From the NCBI GenBank assembly GCA_035472675.1, contig DATIOX010000232.1, positions 511-64,510 on the forward strand: DNA of 64,000 nucleotides, written 5' to 3'. Shown here one piece after another: positions 1 to 8,438 of this stretch. A model generated the notes under the pieces. It was not told the origin of the DNA. It worked only from the letters and a program-made list of their open reading frames with translations, and did not search any database. A program made the position numbers and the translations under genes. This stretch comes from Candidatus Dormiibacterota bacterium (GTDB taxonomy: Bacteria > Verrucomicrobiota > Verrucomicrobiia > Chthoniobacterales > UBA10450). The first letter of the stretch is position 1; each line of letters opens with the position of its first letter.

Positions 1-133
1 GCGAACCTGGAGGCATCGCTCCGGAATTTTGATCGCCCGCGAGCACAGGCGCTGAAAACGTCGTTTAATTCGGAGTTGCGCTTTCAGCTTTCCTCAAATT
101 CGTGTTTATTCGCGTTTACTGGTGTTTAGAACG

Positions 134-3079
134 ATGACTTCGGCGCAAATCAGACAATCATTTCTGGATTTCTTTCGAGAGAAACAGCACACCATTGTGC
201 CGTCGTCGTCGCTGTTGCCCGGTGCGCCGAATCTGCTTTTCACCAACGCCGGAATGAACCAGTTCGTGCCGATTTTCCTTGGCCAACAAAAGCCGATGTG
301 GATCCCGCCGCGCGTCGCTGACACGCAGAAATGCATTCGCGCCGGAGGCAAACACAACGATCTCGAAGACGTCGGACTCGACACCTATCACCACACATTT
401 TTCGAGATGCTCGGCAATTGGAGCTTTGGTGATTATTTCAAAAAAGAGGCGATCGAGTGGGCGTGGGAGCTACTCGTCGAGCGTTGGAAATTTCCGGCGC
501 AACGGCTTTATGCGACGGTTTACAAGCCCGGCTCGGGCGAACCAAGTGAGTTTGATCAGGAAGCGCACAATCACTGGGCCAATTTGTTTCGCGAAGCTGA
601 TCTCGATCCAAAGGTCCACGTTCTTAACGGTGGTAAGGCCGATAATTTCTGGATGATGGGCGACACGGGTCCGTGCGGGCCTTGCTCGGAAGTCCACGTC
701 GATCTTACACCGGACGGTGATACGCGCGGCGCACTAGTGAACCAAGGAGATCCGCACTGCATCGAAATTTGGAATCTTGTTTTTATCCAGTTCAACGCGA
801 ACCCGGATGGCACGTTCTCACCGCTACCCCAGCGTCACGTCGATACTGGAATGGGTTTCGAGCGAGTTACCGCGATCATTCAAGACACAAAGAATCTCAC
901 CGATTTCTCCCGAAGGATCTCGAATTACGAGACAGACATCTTTCGCCCAATCTTCGATGAACTCGAAAAACTAAGCGGCAGAAAATACGCAAGCACACTG
1001 CCGGAGAAAAACTCTCAACTCTCAACTCCCGACTCTCAACAGGCGATTGACGTGGCTTTCCGTGTTATTGCCGATCACATTCGCGCGCTTTCGTTCGCGA
1101 TCGCCGATGGAATCAATCCCTCAAACGAGGGCCGTGGCTACGTTTTACGTCGCATTTTACGTCGTGCTGTTCGCTATGGGCGCATCCTAGGTTTTCACGA
1201 ACCATTCTTCTTCAAACTTGTTGATGTCGTCGCAAAGATAATGGGCAACGTGTTCCCCGAAATTCGAGCGGAACAACCAAAGATCAAAGAAACAATTCGA
1301 CGCGAGGAAGAAGCGTTTAACAAAACATTAGATCGAGGATTAGAGCTGCTTGATAAAGCGACGGTTAACGCCGTGATAACTCAAGCGATTGCAACCCCCG
1401 CGATCAGCAACATCCGTGTTAAAACACGCACGCATGAAGGTTTCTTCAACAGAATGGCAGGGGCCGATCTAATTGAAATAGTTGCCGAGAAAGACAATAG
1501 CGCTGCTTTCGACAAGTTGTTCCAAGCCCGACCAGCTATCTCTGGTAAGCACGCGTTCGAGCTTTATGATACCTATGGATTTCCGCTCGACCTAACTGAA
1601 CTGATTGCACGAGAGCGCGGCTTGGGAGTCGATAAGAACACGTTTAATTTCCTGATGGAGGAGCAGCGCGCGCGAGGGCGCAAAGCGCAGAAAAAGGAAC
1701 AAATCAGCATCGAAGAGGCAGAACTTAGAGCCGCGCCGACGAAATTTCTCGGCTATGATTTCCTGGAGATCGAATCGGTTGTCGAAACTGTGCTGCCCGG
1801 GACAAAACCGGAAGAACTAAACATCGTTCTCGATCGAACGCCCCTTTACGCCGAGATGGGCGGACAGGTAGGAGATCGTGGATTACTTCATGTGCCGGGG
1901 CACGATCGAACGGAGGTCGGTCAGTTGCGTGTGATTGATACACAAAAACGTGGCGACGTTTTTGTTCATCGGTCCGCGCTTGTGGAAGGTCGTGCACCGG
2001 AGCCGGGCGAAGCGGTGCGTGTCTCCGTGGACGCCCATCGACGCCGCGCGATTCAGGGACACCATACCGTGACGCACCTTTTGCATTGGGCGTTGCACGA
2101 AGTGGTTTTGCGCGATGCTTCACAAAAAGGAAGTTACGTCGGACCGGACAAACTGACGTTTGATTTTTCAAGCGCGCCATTGACGAAGCAGCAAGTCCGC
2201 GATGTTGAAAAATTGGTAAACGAAAAAATTGCAGAGAGCGCGCCGGTTTCGTGGACTGAAATTCCGTACGCGGAAGCGAAGCAGCGAGCCGACATTATCC
2301 AATTCTTTGGCGAAAGATACGGAGATACAGTGCGCGTCTTGCAAATCGGTGGTACTCCTCGCGCGCTCAACGGTTACTCAATGGAACTGTGCGGTGGCAC
2401 GCACGTGAGATCGACAAGTGAAATCGGGCCATTTCGAATCGTAAAGGAAGAAGCCATCGCAGCAGGGATTCGGCGGATCGAAGCAGTTGCCGGCGACGCG
2501 GCGCGCGGTTGGGCTATCCAGGAAGCGGCGCGACAACAGGAGAAATTTGAAGCTTTAGCGCGCAAGAAACCTGACCTCGCGCCACTCGCTGTTTTTAAGA
2601 ATGACGCAACTACTTCTGAAATGCTGCAACAGATCGATGCGCGGGCAGCGCATCTTGAAAAGGTCGAAGTTGAAGTTCGCGATTGGGAAAAGCAAAGCGC
2701 CAAAACGGCCGAAGCAGAACTGAGAAGCCGGGCCGCCCAAATCGCCAACGAACTGATTCGATCGCACACTGGAGAAAAATTCTGTGTCGCCGAAGTGAAA
2801 GACGGGGACGGGAAACTGTTGCAGGCAGTCGCCGATACACTGAAGTCGAAATTCGACGGCCCAATTTTTCTCGTCGGTGCGACGAATGGAACAGTTGCAC
2901 TGGTCGCGTCCGTACCAAAGGAAATGAGCGTGAGAGTTCAGGCGAACAAGTTGATTCAGCAAATCGCGCCGATTGTTGGCGGCAAAGGTGGCGGCCGCCC
3001 GGAGAATGCTCAGGGTGCTGGGAAAGACGCGAGCAAGGTCGCGGAGGCGCTGGCAAAAGCGCGAGAGCTTCTGAGCTAA
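134..3079 (+). CDS. alaS: alanine--tRNA ligase
   Basis: Long ORF with N-terminus MTSAQIRQSFLDFFREKQH. It has the YDTYGFP segment, editing-domain motifs HTVTHLLH and CGGTH, and a C-terminal GGKGGGRP. The ORF opens at GTG 122, but ATG 134 matches the usual AlaRS N-terminus. Confidence 0.95.
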   Translation: MTSAQIRQSFLDFFREKQHTIVPSSSLLPGAPNLLFTNAGMNQFVPIFLGQQKPMWIPPRVADTQKCIRAGGKHNDLEDVGLDTYHHTFFEMLGNWSFGDYFKKEAIEWAWELLVERWKFPAQRLYATVYKPGSGEPSEFDQEAHNHWANLFREADLDPKVHVLNGGKADNFWMMGDTGPCGPCSEVHVDLTPDGDTRGALVNQGDPHCIEIWNLVFIQFNANPDGTFSPLPQRHVDTGMGFERVTAIIQDTKNLTDFSRRISNYETDIFRPIFDELEKLSGRKYASTLPEKNSQLSTPDSQQAIDVAFRVIADHIRALSFAIADGINPSNEGRGYVLRRILRRAVRYGRILGFHEPFFFKLVDVVAKIMGNVFPEIRAEQPKIKETIRREEEAFNKTLDRGLELLDKATVNAVITQAIATPAISNIRVKTRTHEGFFNRMAGADLIEIVAEKDNSAAFDKLFQARPAISGKHAFELYDTYGFPLDLTELIARERGLGVDKNTFNFLMEEQRARGRKAQKKEQISIEEAELRAAPTKFLGYDFLEIESVVETVLPGTKPEELNIVLDRTPLYAEMGGQVGDRGLLHVPGHDRTEVGQLRVIDTQKRGDVFVHRSALVEGRAPEPGEAVRVSVDAHRRRAIQGHHTVTHLLHWALHEVVLRDASQKGSYVGPDKLTFDFSSAPLTKQQVRDVEKLVNEKIAESAPVSWTEIPYAEAKQRADIIQFFGERYGDTVRVLQIGGTPRALNGYSMELCGGTHVRSTSEIGPFRIVKEEAIAAGIRRIEAVAGDAARGWAIQEAARQQEKFEALARKKPDLAPLAVFKNDATTSEMLQQIDARAAHLEKVEVEVRDWEKQSAKTAEAELRSRAAQIANELIRSHTGEKFCVAEVKDGDGKLLQAVADTLKSKFDGPIFLVGATNGTVALVASVPKEMSVRVQANKLIQQIAPIVGGKGGGRPENAQGAGKDASKVAEALAKARELLS

Positions 3080-3093
3080 ATCAACAAACGAGG

Positions 3094-3987
3094 TTACGGT
3101 GTGCTCACGCTTGGGAAACGCCCATTCCTGATCAGGCGTTCCAAATTTTTTCCGTCAGCGGACATTCGGTAAATCGAGTCGTCCTTTTCGCCGACCGCTT
3201 TGCTGAGAAAGAGAACATCGTCGTTATCGATCCAAACGCTGTCCCAGCCGAAAAGTTTTTTTGGCGTTAGTCTCGTCGCCTTTTGCGAAAGGAGATCGAA
3301 CGTCCAGAGCGCCGGCAACGGCCCGTCCCAGTCTTTGCGGTCGGATTCTTCGCCCATGTCGATACTTAAAAGCAATCGCTTGCCGTCTGGAGAAACGTCA
3401 ATCCGACCGTCGCCGCTCATATCGCCTTTTGGTACGATCTTACTGATCCTCCATTGCGCGCGAACCGCGCCGTCGAGTCCGATTTGATAGATGTTCGTCA
3501 TGTCCTGGCAAAAAACCGATTGGCCGTCGTGCGCCGAGACCGGCGAGTAGCAGGTCACTTCATTTTGAACACCGGGTTTCAACACGTGAAAATTTGTGCC
3601 GTCTGAATTAATGGCGGCGAGATCCCAGACTTCGTGCGGGCGCGTGGTGAAAAGGACCTGTTTCCCGTCAGCCGTCCAGCTTGGGTAGTACGAATTCTCG
3701 CTTGGAACGTCCTTAAAGATATTCACCTTACCAGTCGCGACGTCTGCCACCGCCATGTGACGCGCGTAAGTCGTGTCGCTCGTTTTTTCGACGGTGTTAA
3801 ACGCGACGCGAGTTCCATCAGGCGAGATCGCCGGAAAAATTCCATCGGCGATCTTTTTCTCATTCGTCCCGTCGAGATTGGCGACGTAAACGGCATTATT
3901 GCGTTCGAACGCGATGTGTCGATCGGCGGTAAATCCCGTTGCGGAGAAGCCGGCCAAAGTGACAGCCAGCGAAATGATTCTTTTCAT
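3094..3987 (-). CDS. secreted PD40/TolB-like beta-propeller repeat protein
   Basis: Starts MKRIISLAVTLAGFSATG (signal peptide). Contains repeated SPDG/TADG PD40-like motifs. ATG 3987 overlaps the stop of the upstream gene (ATGA). The 110-codon extension up to 4317 lies inside the neighbouring gene. Confidence 0.7.
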   Translation of the reverse strand: MKRIISLAVTLAGFSATGFTADRHIAFERNNAVYVANLDGTNEKKIADGIFPAISPDGTRVAFNTVEKTSDTTYARHMAVADVATGKVNIFKDVPSENSYYPSWTADGKQVLFTTRPHEVWDLAAINSDGTNFHVLKPGVQNEVTCYSPVSAHDGQSVFCQDMTNIYQIGLDGAVRAQWRISKIVPKGDMSGDGRIDVSPDGKRLLLSIDMGEESDRKDWDGPLPALWTFDLLSQKATRLTPKKLFGWDSVWIDNDDVLFLSKAVGEKDDSIYRMSADGKNLERLIRNGRFPSVSTP

Positions 3988-5225
3988 GTTATCAGAGTGA
4001 TAAAGAAAGTCGCGGCGACCGCAGCTACGAGTACGACTAAATAGACGAATCCGCCGAAAAAGAATTTGAAAATGCTGATGAACCAGCCCTGTCGATAAAC
4101 GCGACGGATTGACAGGAAAATTTGCACCAGGAATACGATCCACATCAGCGCAATAATCCAGCCCGCAACCGGACCCGGAGCCGCGCGGTTGAGTCCGATT
4201 GTTGCGAGCACAATTAGAATGATCCCGACGTAGGCGAATGTGTGGATGTGCAGCGCGTAAACGAGATGGTCGATGTAGAAAATGCGGCGGCGGACGTAGA
4301 GAAGCTTCAGCACGCATGCGAAAAGTGGGATACAGGCGAGCATCATGTAAGGCAGGTTGCTCATGAGCGTGACCAGAAAGAGTTGAATGTTCGTCCCGTG
4401 CTCACCGAATTTTTCGCGCGCCCGCTTTTCAAGCCATTTGGGCATGTCGTTAGGCTTTTCTTCCTTGTCGGTTTCGAAAATGACGGCCTTGTTCTGCGCT
4501 TTTTTGAAGGATTCCTCGACTTTCGTCCGCACCTCCGGCGGTAAATCTTTCAACGTGTCTTCCAGTTTTGCGCGCGCGTGCAATGGTGCAGGATCGCCGT
4601 ATTCCAGGCGTTGTTGAATCGCGTCGCGGGCTTCTTTCCGCAGGCTCTCATTCTTCAACTGCTCCTCTAACGCAGCGCGTTTTTCGGGCGAAACCGGCTT
4701 GCCGCCGAGAGCCTGCTCAATTTTCTCTCGAACTTCAGGTGGAACGTTTTCTTTCGCCAGTTCACTGCGAATCTCCGCGCGAGTGCTCGGTGAAAGATCA
4801 ATCGGCTGGAGATGCGCCGACTTGATGCCGTACGTTGCTGCAAAGAAAAACAAAATGCTTGCTAGAAGATAAAGTCGCAGCGGATGCACATAGCGCACGC
4901 GATGCCCGGCGAGAAACTGGTTGGTCAATTTCCACGGGCGAGCCAGCAGGAGACCAATCGTTGCGAAGAACTTCGAGTCCCAATTCAGAAATTCGTTGAG
5001 TAAATCGGCAATGACATGCCGGAAGGAACGCCGATAATCGATTGCCGGTTGGCCGCATTTGGCGCACCAATGTCCCTGCAGTTGCGCTCCACAATTCTCA
5101 CAGTGTGTAATCGCTGGACGCTGAATTTTCCGCCGGCCGAAAAATCGCCGCCGGCTCGATGACGCTTGTTTGATTGCAGAGATCGCGGTATCGCCCAAGA
5201 CAAATTTTTCAAGTTCATCGGGCAT
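3984..5225 (-). CDS. DUF3667-like zinc-ribbon membrane protein
   Basis: Has an N-terminal CENCGAQLQGHWCAKCGQ zinc ribbon, a charged coiled middle section and multiple C-terminal TM helices. Confidence 0.75.
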   Translation of the reverse strand: MPDELEKFVLGDTAISAIKQASSSRRRFFGRRKIQRPAITHCENCGAQLQGHWCAKCGQPAIDYRRSFRHVIADLLNEFLNWDSKFFATIGLLLARPWKLTNQFLAGHRVRYVHPLRLYLLASILFFFAATYGIKSAHLQPIDLSPSTRAEIRSELAKENVPPEVREKIEQALGGKPVSPEKRAALEEQLKNESLRKEARDAIQQRLEYGDPAPLHARAKLEDTLKDLPPEVRTKVEESFKKAQNKAVIFETDKEEKPNDMPKWLEKRAREKFGEHGTNIQLFLVTLMSNLPYMMLACIPLFACVLKLLYVRRRIFYIDHLVYALHIHTFAYVGIILIVLATIGLNRAAPGPVAGWIIALMWIVFLVQIFLSIRRVYRQGWFISIFKFFFGGFVYLVVLVAAVAATFFITLIT

Positions 5226-5357
5226 ACAAGCGCCAGATTACAAAAACCTTTCTGTGGAGTCTACGCCTTGATTCAAGGCGTTAATGAGAAAGCGCGCTCG
5301 CGACGACGCGGTTTATGTCATCGCAAAGTTTGCATTGACCAGGTGCAGTGATAACAC

Positions 5358-5430
5358 ACGATCTCATGCGGTGGCACTTCTGATCGCTGAAGCGGCTGCG
5401 CCGGAGCGGCAAATGAAACGCACGCTGAGC
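5358..5430 (+). pseudogene. 5' fragment of a paralogous APC amino-acid permease gene
   Basis: About 70 nt are alignable to 6154..6256, the N-terminus of the permease below. AEAAAPERQMKRTL is conserved, and 5 of the 6 differences in that stretch are third-position synonymous changes. Similarity stops after KRTL. Confidence 0.5.
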
Positions 5431-5567
5431 CTGATAGCCGCAAGCTCCGTGACGATTTTCCGTCGTAAAAGCGCTTCCCGGGCTGTGCATGATGGCATTC
5501 GTCGGCTGCAAAACCGATAGTGAAGACGCACAGCCTACTGATACTACCGGGGCGAAAACGTATTCGC

Positions 5568-5711
5568 TCAGAGCCGTCTGCCTTGAATGAGCTGAATAAC
5601 GAGCACAACGACGGCAATCACGAGCAGAAGATGAATCAGACCGCCGCCAAAGTGGCCGATAAAGCCCAGAAGCCAGAGCACGACTAGTATTACAATTATA
5701 GTCCAGAGCAT
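5568..5711 (-). CDS. lmo0937-family small membrane protein
   Basis: 47-aa protein MLWTIIVILVVLWLLGFIGHFGGGLIHLLLVIAVVVLVIQLIQGRRL, which matches the typical family sequence. ATG at 5711. Confidence 0.7.
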   Translation of the reverse strand: MLWTIIVILVVLWLLGFIGHFGGGLIHLLLVIAVVVLVIQLIQGRRL

Positions 5712-6148
5712 ATAGGTGTCCCTTTCCGTTAGGTTAAGCTTTTGTCGGCCCATTTATCCAACGTTGTATTTCACTTGCCAAGCTTTTTCAGCACGTTCAA
5801 GTCGATTCGTCGTTCCTGCTTGGAGCTTCCGAACGTCAGAATGCTTTGTCGTCCGCGACCTGAGCGAGAATGCCGTTGAGCCGAGCGCGCGTCGTGGACT
5901 GCTTGATTCCCGTTTCTTTTCGGAAAGGCGTAAATGCCGCTTAGGCCACAAGCACTGCGACTGCCAGCGGGACGACCTTTTTTTACCTAGACCGGGCTCC
6001 ATACAGATTTTACCTCCGAACAAGCCCGGAACGCCACCGCACAAGTCTGGACAGTTGGAGAAGGATTTGGGATCGGAAGTCAGTTCCTGCTCGACTCGCT
6101 TCTAAAGATCGACATCCAAAGCTTTGGGTTGACCCGTCGAACTGCCCT

Positions 6149-7771
6149 ATGAGACGATCTCGACCGGTGGGCTCGCAACTTTTCAAAACCAAGAGTCCCG
6201 AGCATCTGATGGCCGAAGCCGCCGCGCCCGAGCGGCAAATGAAGCGCACGCTCAACGCGTTCGATCTCACGTGTATCGGCATCGGCGCCATCATCGGTAC
6301 GGGAATTTTCGCGCTGATCGGTACCGCAATCGCCGGTCAGACTTTTCCGACACGACTCGAGACGCCCATTCTCAATTTTATCCAAGCATGGCTTTCAGGG
6401 GCGGACGTAATGCTAGGCCGCGCCGGTGCCGGTCCGGCAGTGGCGATTTCGCTATTTGTGGCCGCGTTGGCCTGTGGATTCGCAGCGCTGTGTTATGCCG
6501 AGCTTGCCTCGATGATTCCAGTGTCGGGCTCGGCCTACACATATTCCTACGCTACGCTCGGTGAGATCATCGCGTGGATCATCGGTTGGGATTTGATTCT
6601 GGAATATGCGGTTGGGAATATGGCGGTCGCGGTCGGTTGGTCGGGGTATTTCGTTAAGCTCTGTGGCAGTCTTTTCGGACTCAAATTTCCAATCTGGGCC
6701 GTGAACGATTACCGTACGGCCAGCGATCTGATCGCAAAAGGTGGCGACACGCTGAAGGATTTTTCTTCGACAACGCTGCCCACAATTGCCGGTCACCCAA
6801 TCGCCCTGAACATTCCGGCGCTCGTGATTGTCGCAGCGGTGACGATGCTCTTGATCTACGGAATTCGCGAGAGCGCAAAAACGAACACAATGATCGTCAT
6901 TATCAAAGTCGCCGTCGTTGTCTTCTTCATTTCGTTCGGGGCTTTCTTGGTGCATCCGACGAACTGGCACCCGTATGTGCCGAATGGTTTTGCCGGGGTG
7001 ATGAGCGGAGCGGCCATCATCTTTTTCGCCTTCATCGGTTTCGACGCCATTTCGACGACGGCTGAGGAAACAAAAAATCCACGGCGCGACATGCCGATTG
7101 GGATCATTGCCAGTTTGATCATTTGCACGTTGCTTTACGTGCTGATGGGCACGGTTCTCGCCGGCATTAAAAAATATACAGTTTACCTGGGCGATCCGGC
7201 GGCCGCTGCCACCGCTTTCGCGAGCAAACCTTGGGCGGAAGCGTTGATCAGCGCCGGAGCGCTTGCTGGAATGACTTCGGTGTTACTCGTTTTCCAACTC
7301 GGGCAGCCGCGCATTTTTATGGCCATGGCGCGTGACGGCTTGCTCCCGCAGTACTTTGCTCGGATTCATCCACGCTTCCGCACGCCATACGTCACAACAA
7401 TTTGGACCGGAGTGGTCGTTGGCGGGGTGGCGATGCTGGTCGACATCGGTTCACTGTCAGATTTGACGAACATTGGAACATTGTTCGCATTCATCCTCGT
7501 GTGCCTCGGCGTGGCCGTTTTGCGGCGGACCGACGCAGGGCGTCCGCGGCCGTTTCGTGTCCCACTCGTGCCGCTGTTTCCGATCGTCGGCGTGCTCCTG
7601 TGTTTCGTGCTCATGCTCAGCCTGCCGGTGCTCACCTGGATCCGTTTCTTTGTCTGGCTCGGAATTGGTCTGCTGATTTATTTTCTCTACAGCGTTCGAC
7701 ACAGCAAACTGCGCCGCGGTATCGACACTGGCATCACCGAAGACCAGCCGCCGCCGCTGATCAAGACGTAA
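6149..7771 (+). CDS. APC-superfamily amino acid permease (cationic amino acid transporter-like)
   Basis: 540 aa with about 12-14 TM segments. Contains the GIGAIIGTGIF motif and FAFIGFDAISTTAEETKNP. Confidence 0.9.
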   Translation: MRRSRPVGSQLFKTKSPEHLMAEAAAPERQMKRTLNAFDLTCIGIGAIIGTGIFALIGTAIAGQTFPTRLETPILNFIQAWLSGADVMLGRAGAGPAVAISLFVAALACGFAALCYAELASMIPVSGSAYTYSYATLGEIIAWIIGWDLILEYAVGNMAVAVGWSGYFVKLCGSLFGLKFPIWAVNDYRTASDLIAKGGDTLKDFSSTTLPTIAGHPIALNIPALVIVAAVTMLLIYGIRESAKTNTMIVIIKVAVVVFFISFGAFLVHPTNWHPYVPNGFAGVMSGAAIIFFAFIGFDAISTTAEETKNPRRDMPIGIIASLIICTLLYVLMGTVLAGIKKYTVYLGDPAAAATAFASKPWAEALISAGALAGMTSVLLVFQLGQPRIFMAMARDGLLPQYFARIHPRFRTPYVTTIWTGVVVGGVAMLVDIGSLSDLTNIGTLFAFILVCLGVAVLRRTDAGRPRPFRVPLVPLFPIVGVLLCFVLMLSLPVLTWIRFFVWLGIGLLIYFLYSVRHSKLRRGIDTGITEDQPPPLIKT

Positions 7772-7776
7772 ATCGA

Positions 7777-7903
7777 CAGGTGCAACGCGTTGTCCTCAAC
7801 GCGTTGGGAAAATAAGTGCGGCTCTGCCGCCTGATTTTGATCCAGCGCCTTCGGCGAATTGCTTGCCATCGTCTTCAGGAGAAGGCGATCCACCTTGCTG
7901 AGC
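7777..7903. repeat. intergenic repeat A, copy 1
   Basis: Alignable to 10570..10721. Both copies share the palindromic module aacgcgttgtcctcaacgcgttggga and a 3' block ccttcggcga..gccatcgtcttc.ggagaag.cgatcc. It lies between convergent genes. Confidence 0.7.
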
Positions 7904-7906
7904 TCT

Positions 7907-8362
7907 TTATGCTGCTTGGCGCTCGTGAGAGACTGTATCGTCCACTTCCAACCACTGGAACGTTGTCGTCTTCGCCGGATCGAGTCCGAGTTTCTTGACC
8001 TCCTCGCTGAAGAAGTCGCGCTTTTCCGGATGGTTGTAGAGACTGCTTGCCTCCAGTTCGTCAGCCCAGCGTTCGATTTCATCCGCCGTTTTCCTTTCGC
8101 CGTTCAGGTTAAGCCATTCCACGATCTCCTGGTCGCCTGCGCCGTGCTCGATTTGCGCTTTGAAATGGTCGCCCTTCACGCCTTTGAAACCAAACAGCGT
8201 GTTATCGAGAGGACAATCGAAGTGATATTCGCCAATATTTCCCGCTACCAACGCGCGGCATTTATCGATTGTGCGGCCAAGAATTGCGTAACCACCAACG
8301 CGAACCCGCGGGCTGCGTGGCGCTTCTTTCGTCAGATCTCTTCCGGTAATTTTCTTTTTCAT
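7907..8362 (-). CDS. DUF5069 domain protein
   Basis: MKKKITGRDLTKEAPRSPRVRVGGYAILGRTIDKCRA... is the typical DUF5069 N-terminus. ATG at 8362. Confidence 0.75.
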   Translation of the reverse strand: MKKKITGRDLTKEAPRSPRVRVGGYAILGRTIDKCRALVAGNIGEYHFDCPLDNTLFGFKGVKGDHFKAQIEHGAGDQEIVEWLNLNGERKTADEIERWADELEASSLYNHPEKRDFFSEEVKKLGLDPAKTTTFQWLEVDDTVSHERQAA

Positions 8363-8438
8363 ATCGTACGTGTTTCGAATAAGGCACGCCATCCGGTTGC
8401 CAATTTGGCAGACGAAGGGTGCGCCTTACAGTTGTTCG

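Noticed and set aside
1-129. An open frame running from the left edge to TAG at 127-129, possibly the 3' end of an upstream gene.
   Set aside because: It has no recognisable motif, and the tail (SSNSCLFAFTGV) looks non-coding. It is too short to call.
3988-4317. N-terminal extensions of track ORFs: 3094..4317, 34415..36034, 16199.., 14941.., 36114.., 49566.. and 59630...
   Set aside because: The extensions overlap neighbouring genes or repeat hairpins. Internal ATG or GTG starts reproduce the expected signal peptides or homolog N-termini.
5836-5940. A coding-looking minus-strand frame ...TPFRKETGIKQSTTRARLNGILAQVADDKAF* in the gene-poor 5754-6148 stretch.
   Set aside because: It is only 35 codons from stop to stop, with no start codon and no recognisable family. 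It may be a gene relic, but that cannot be supported from sequence alone.
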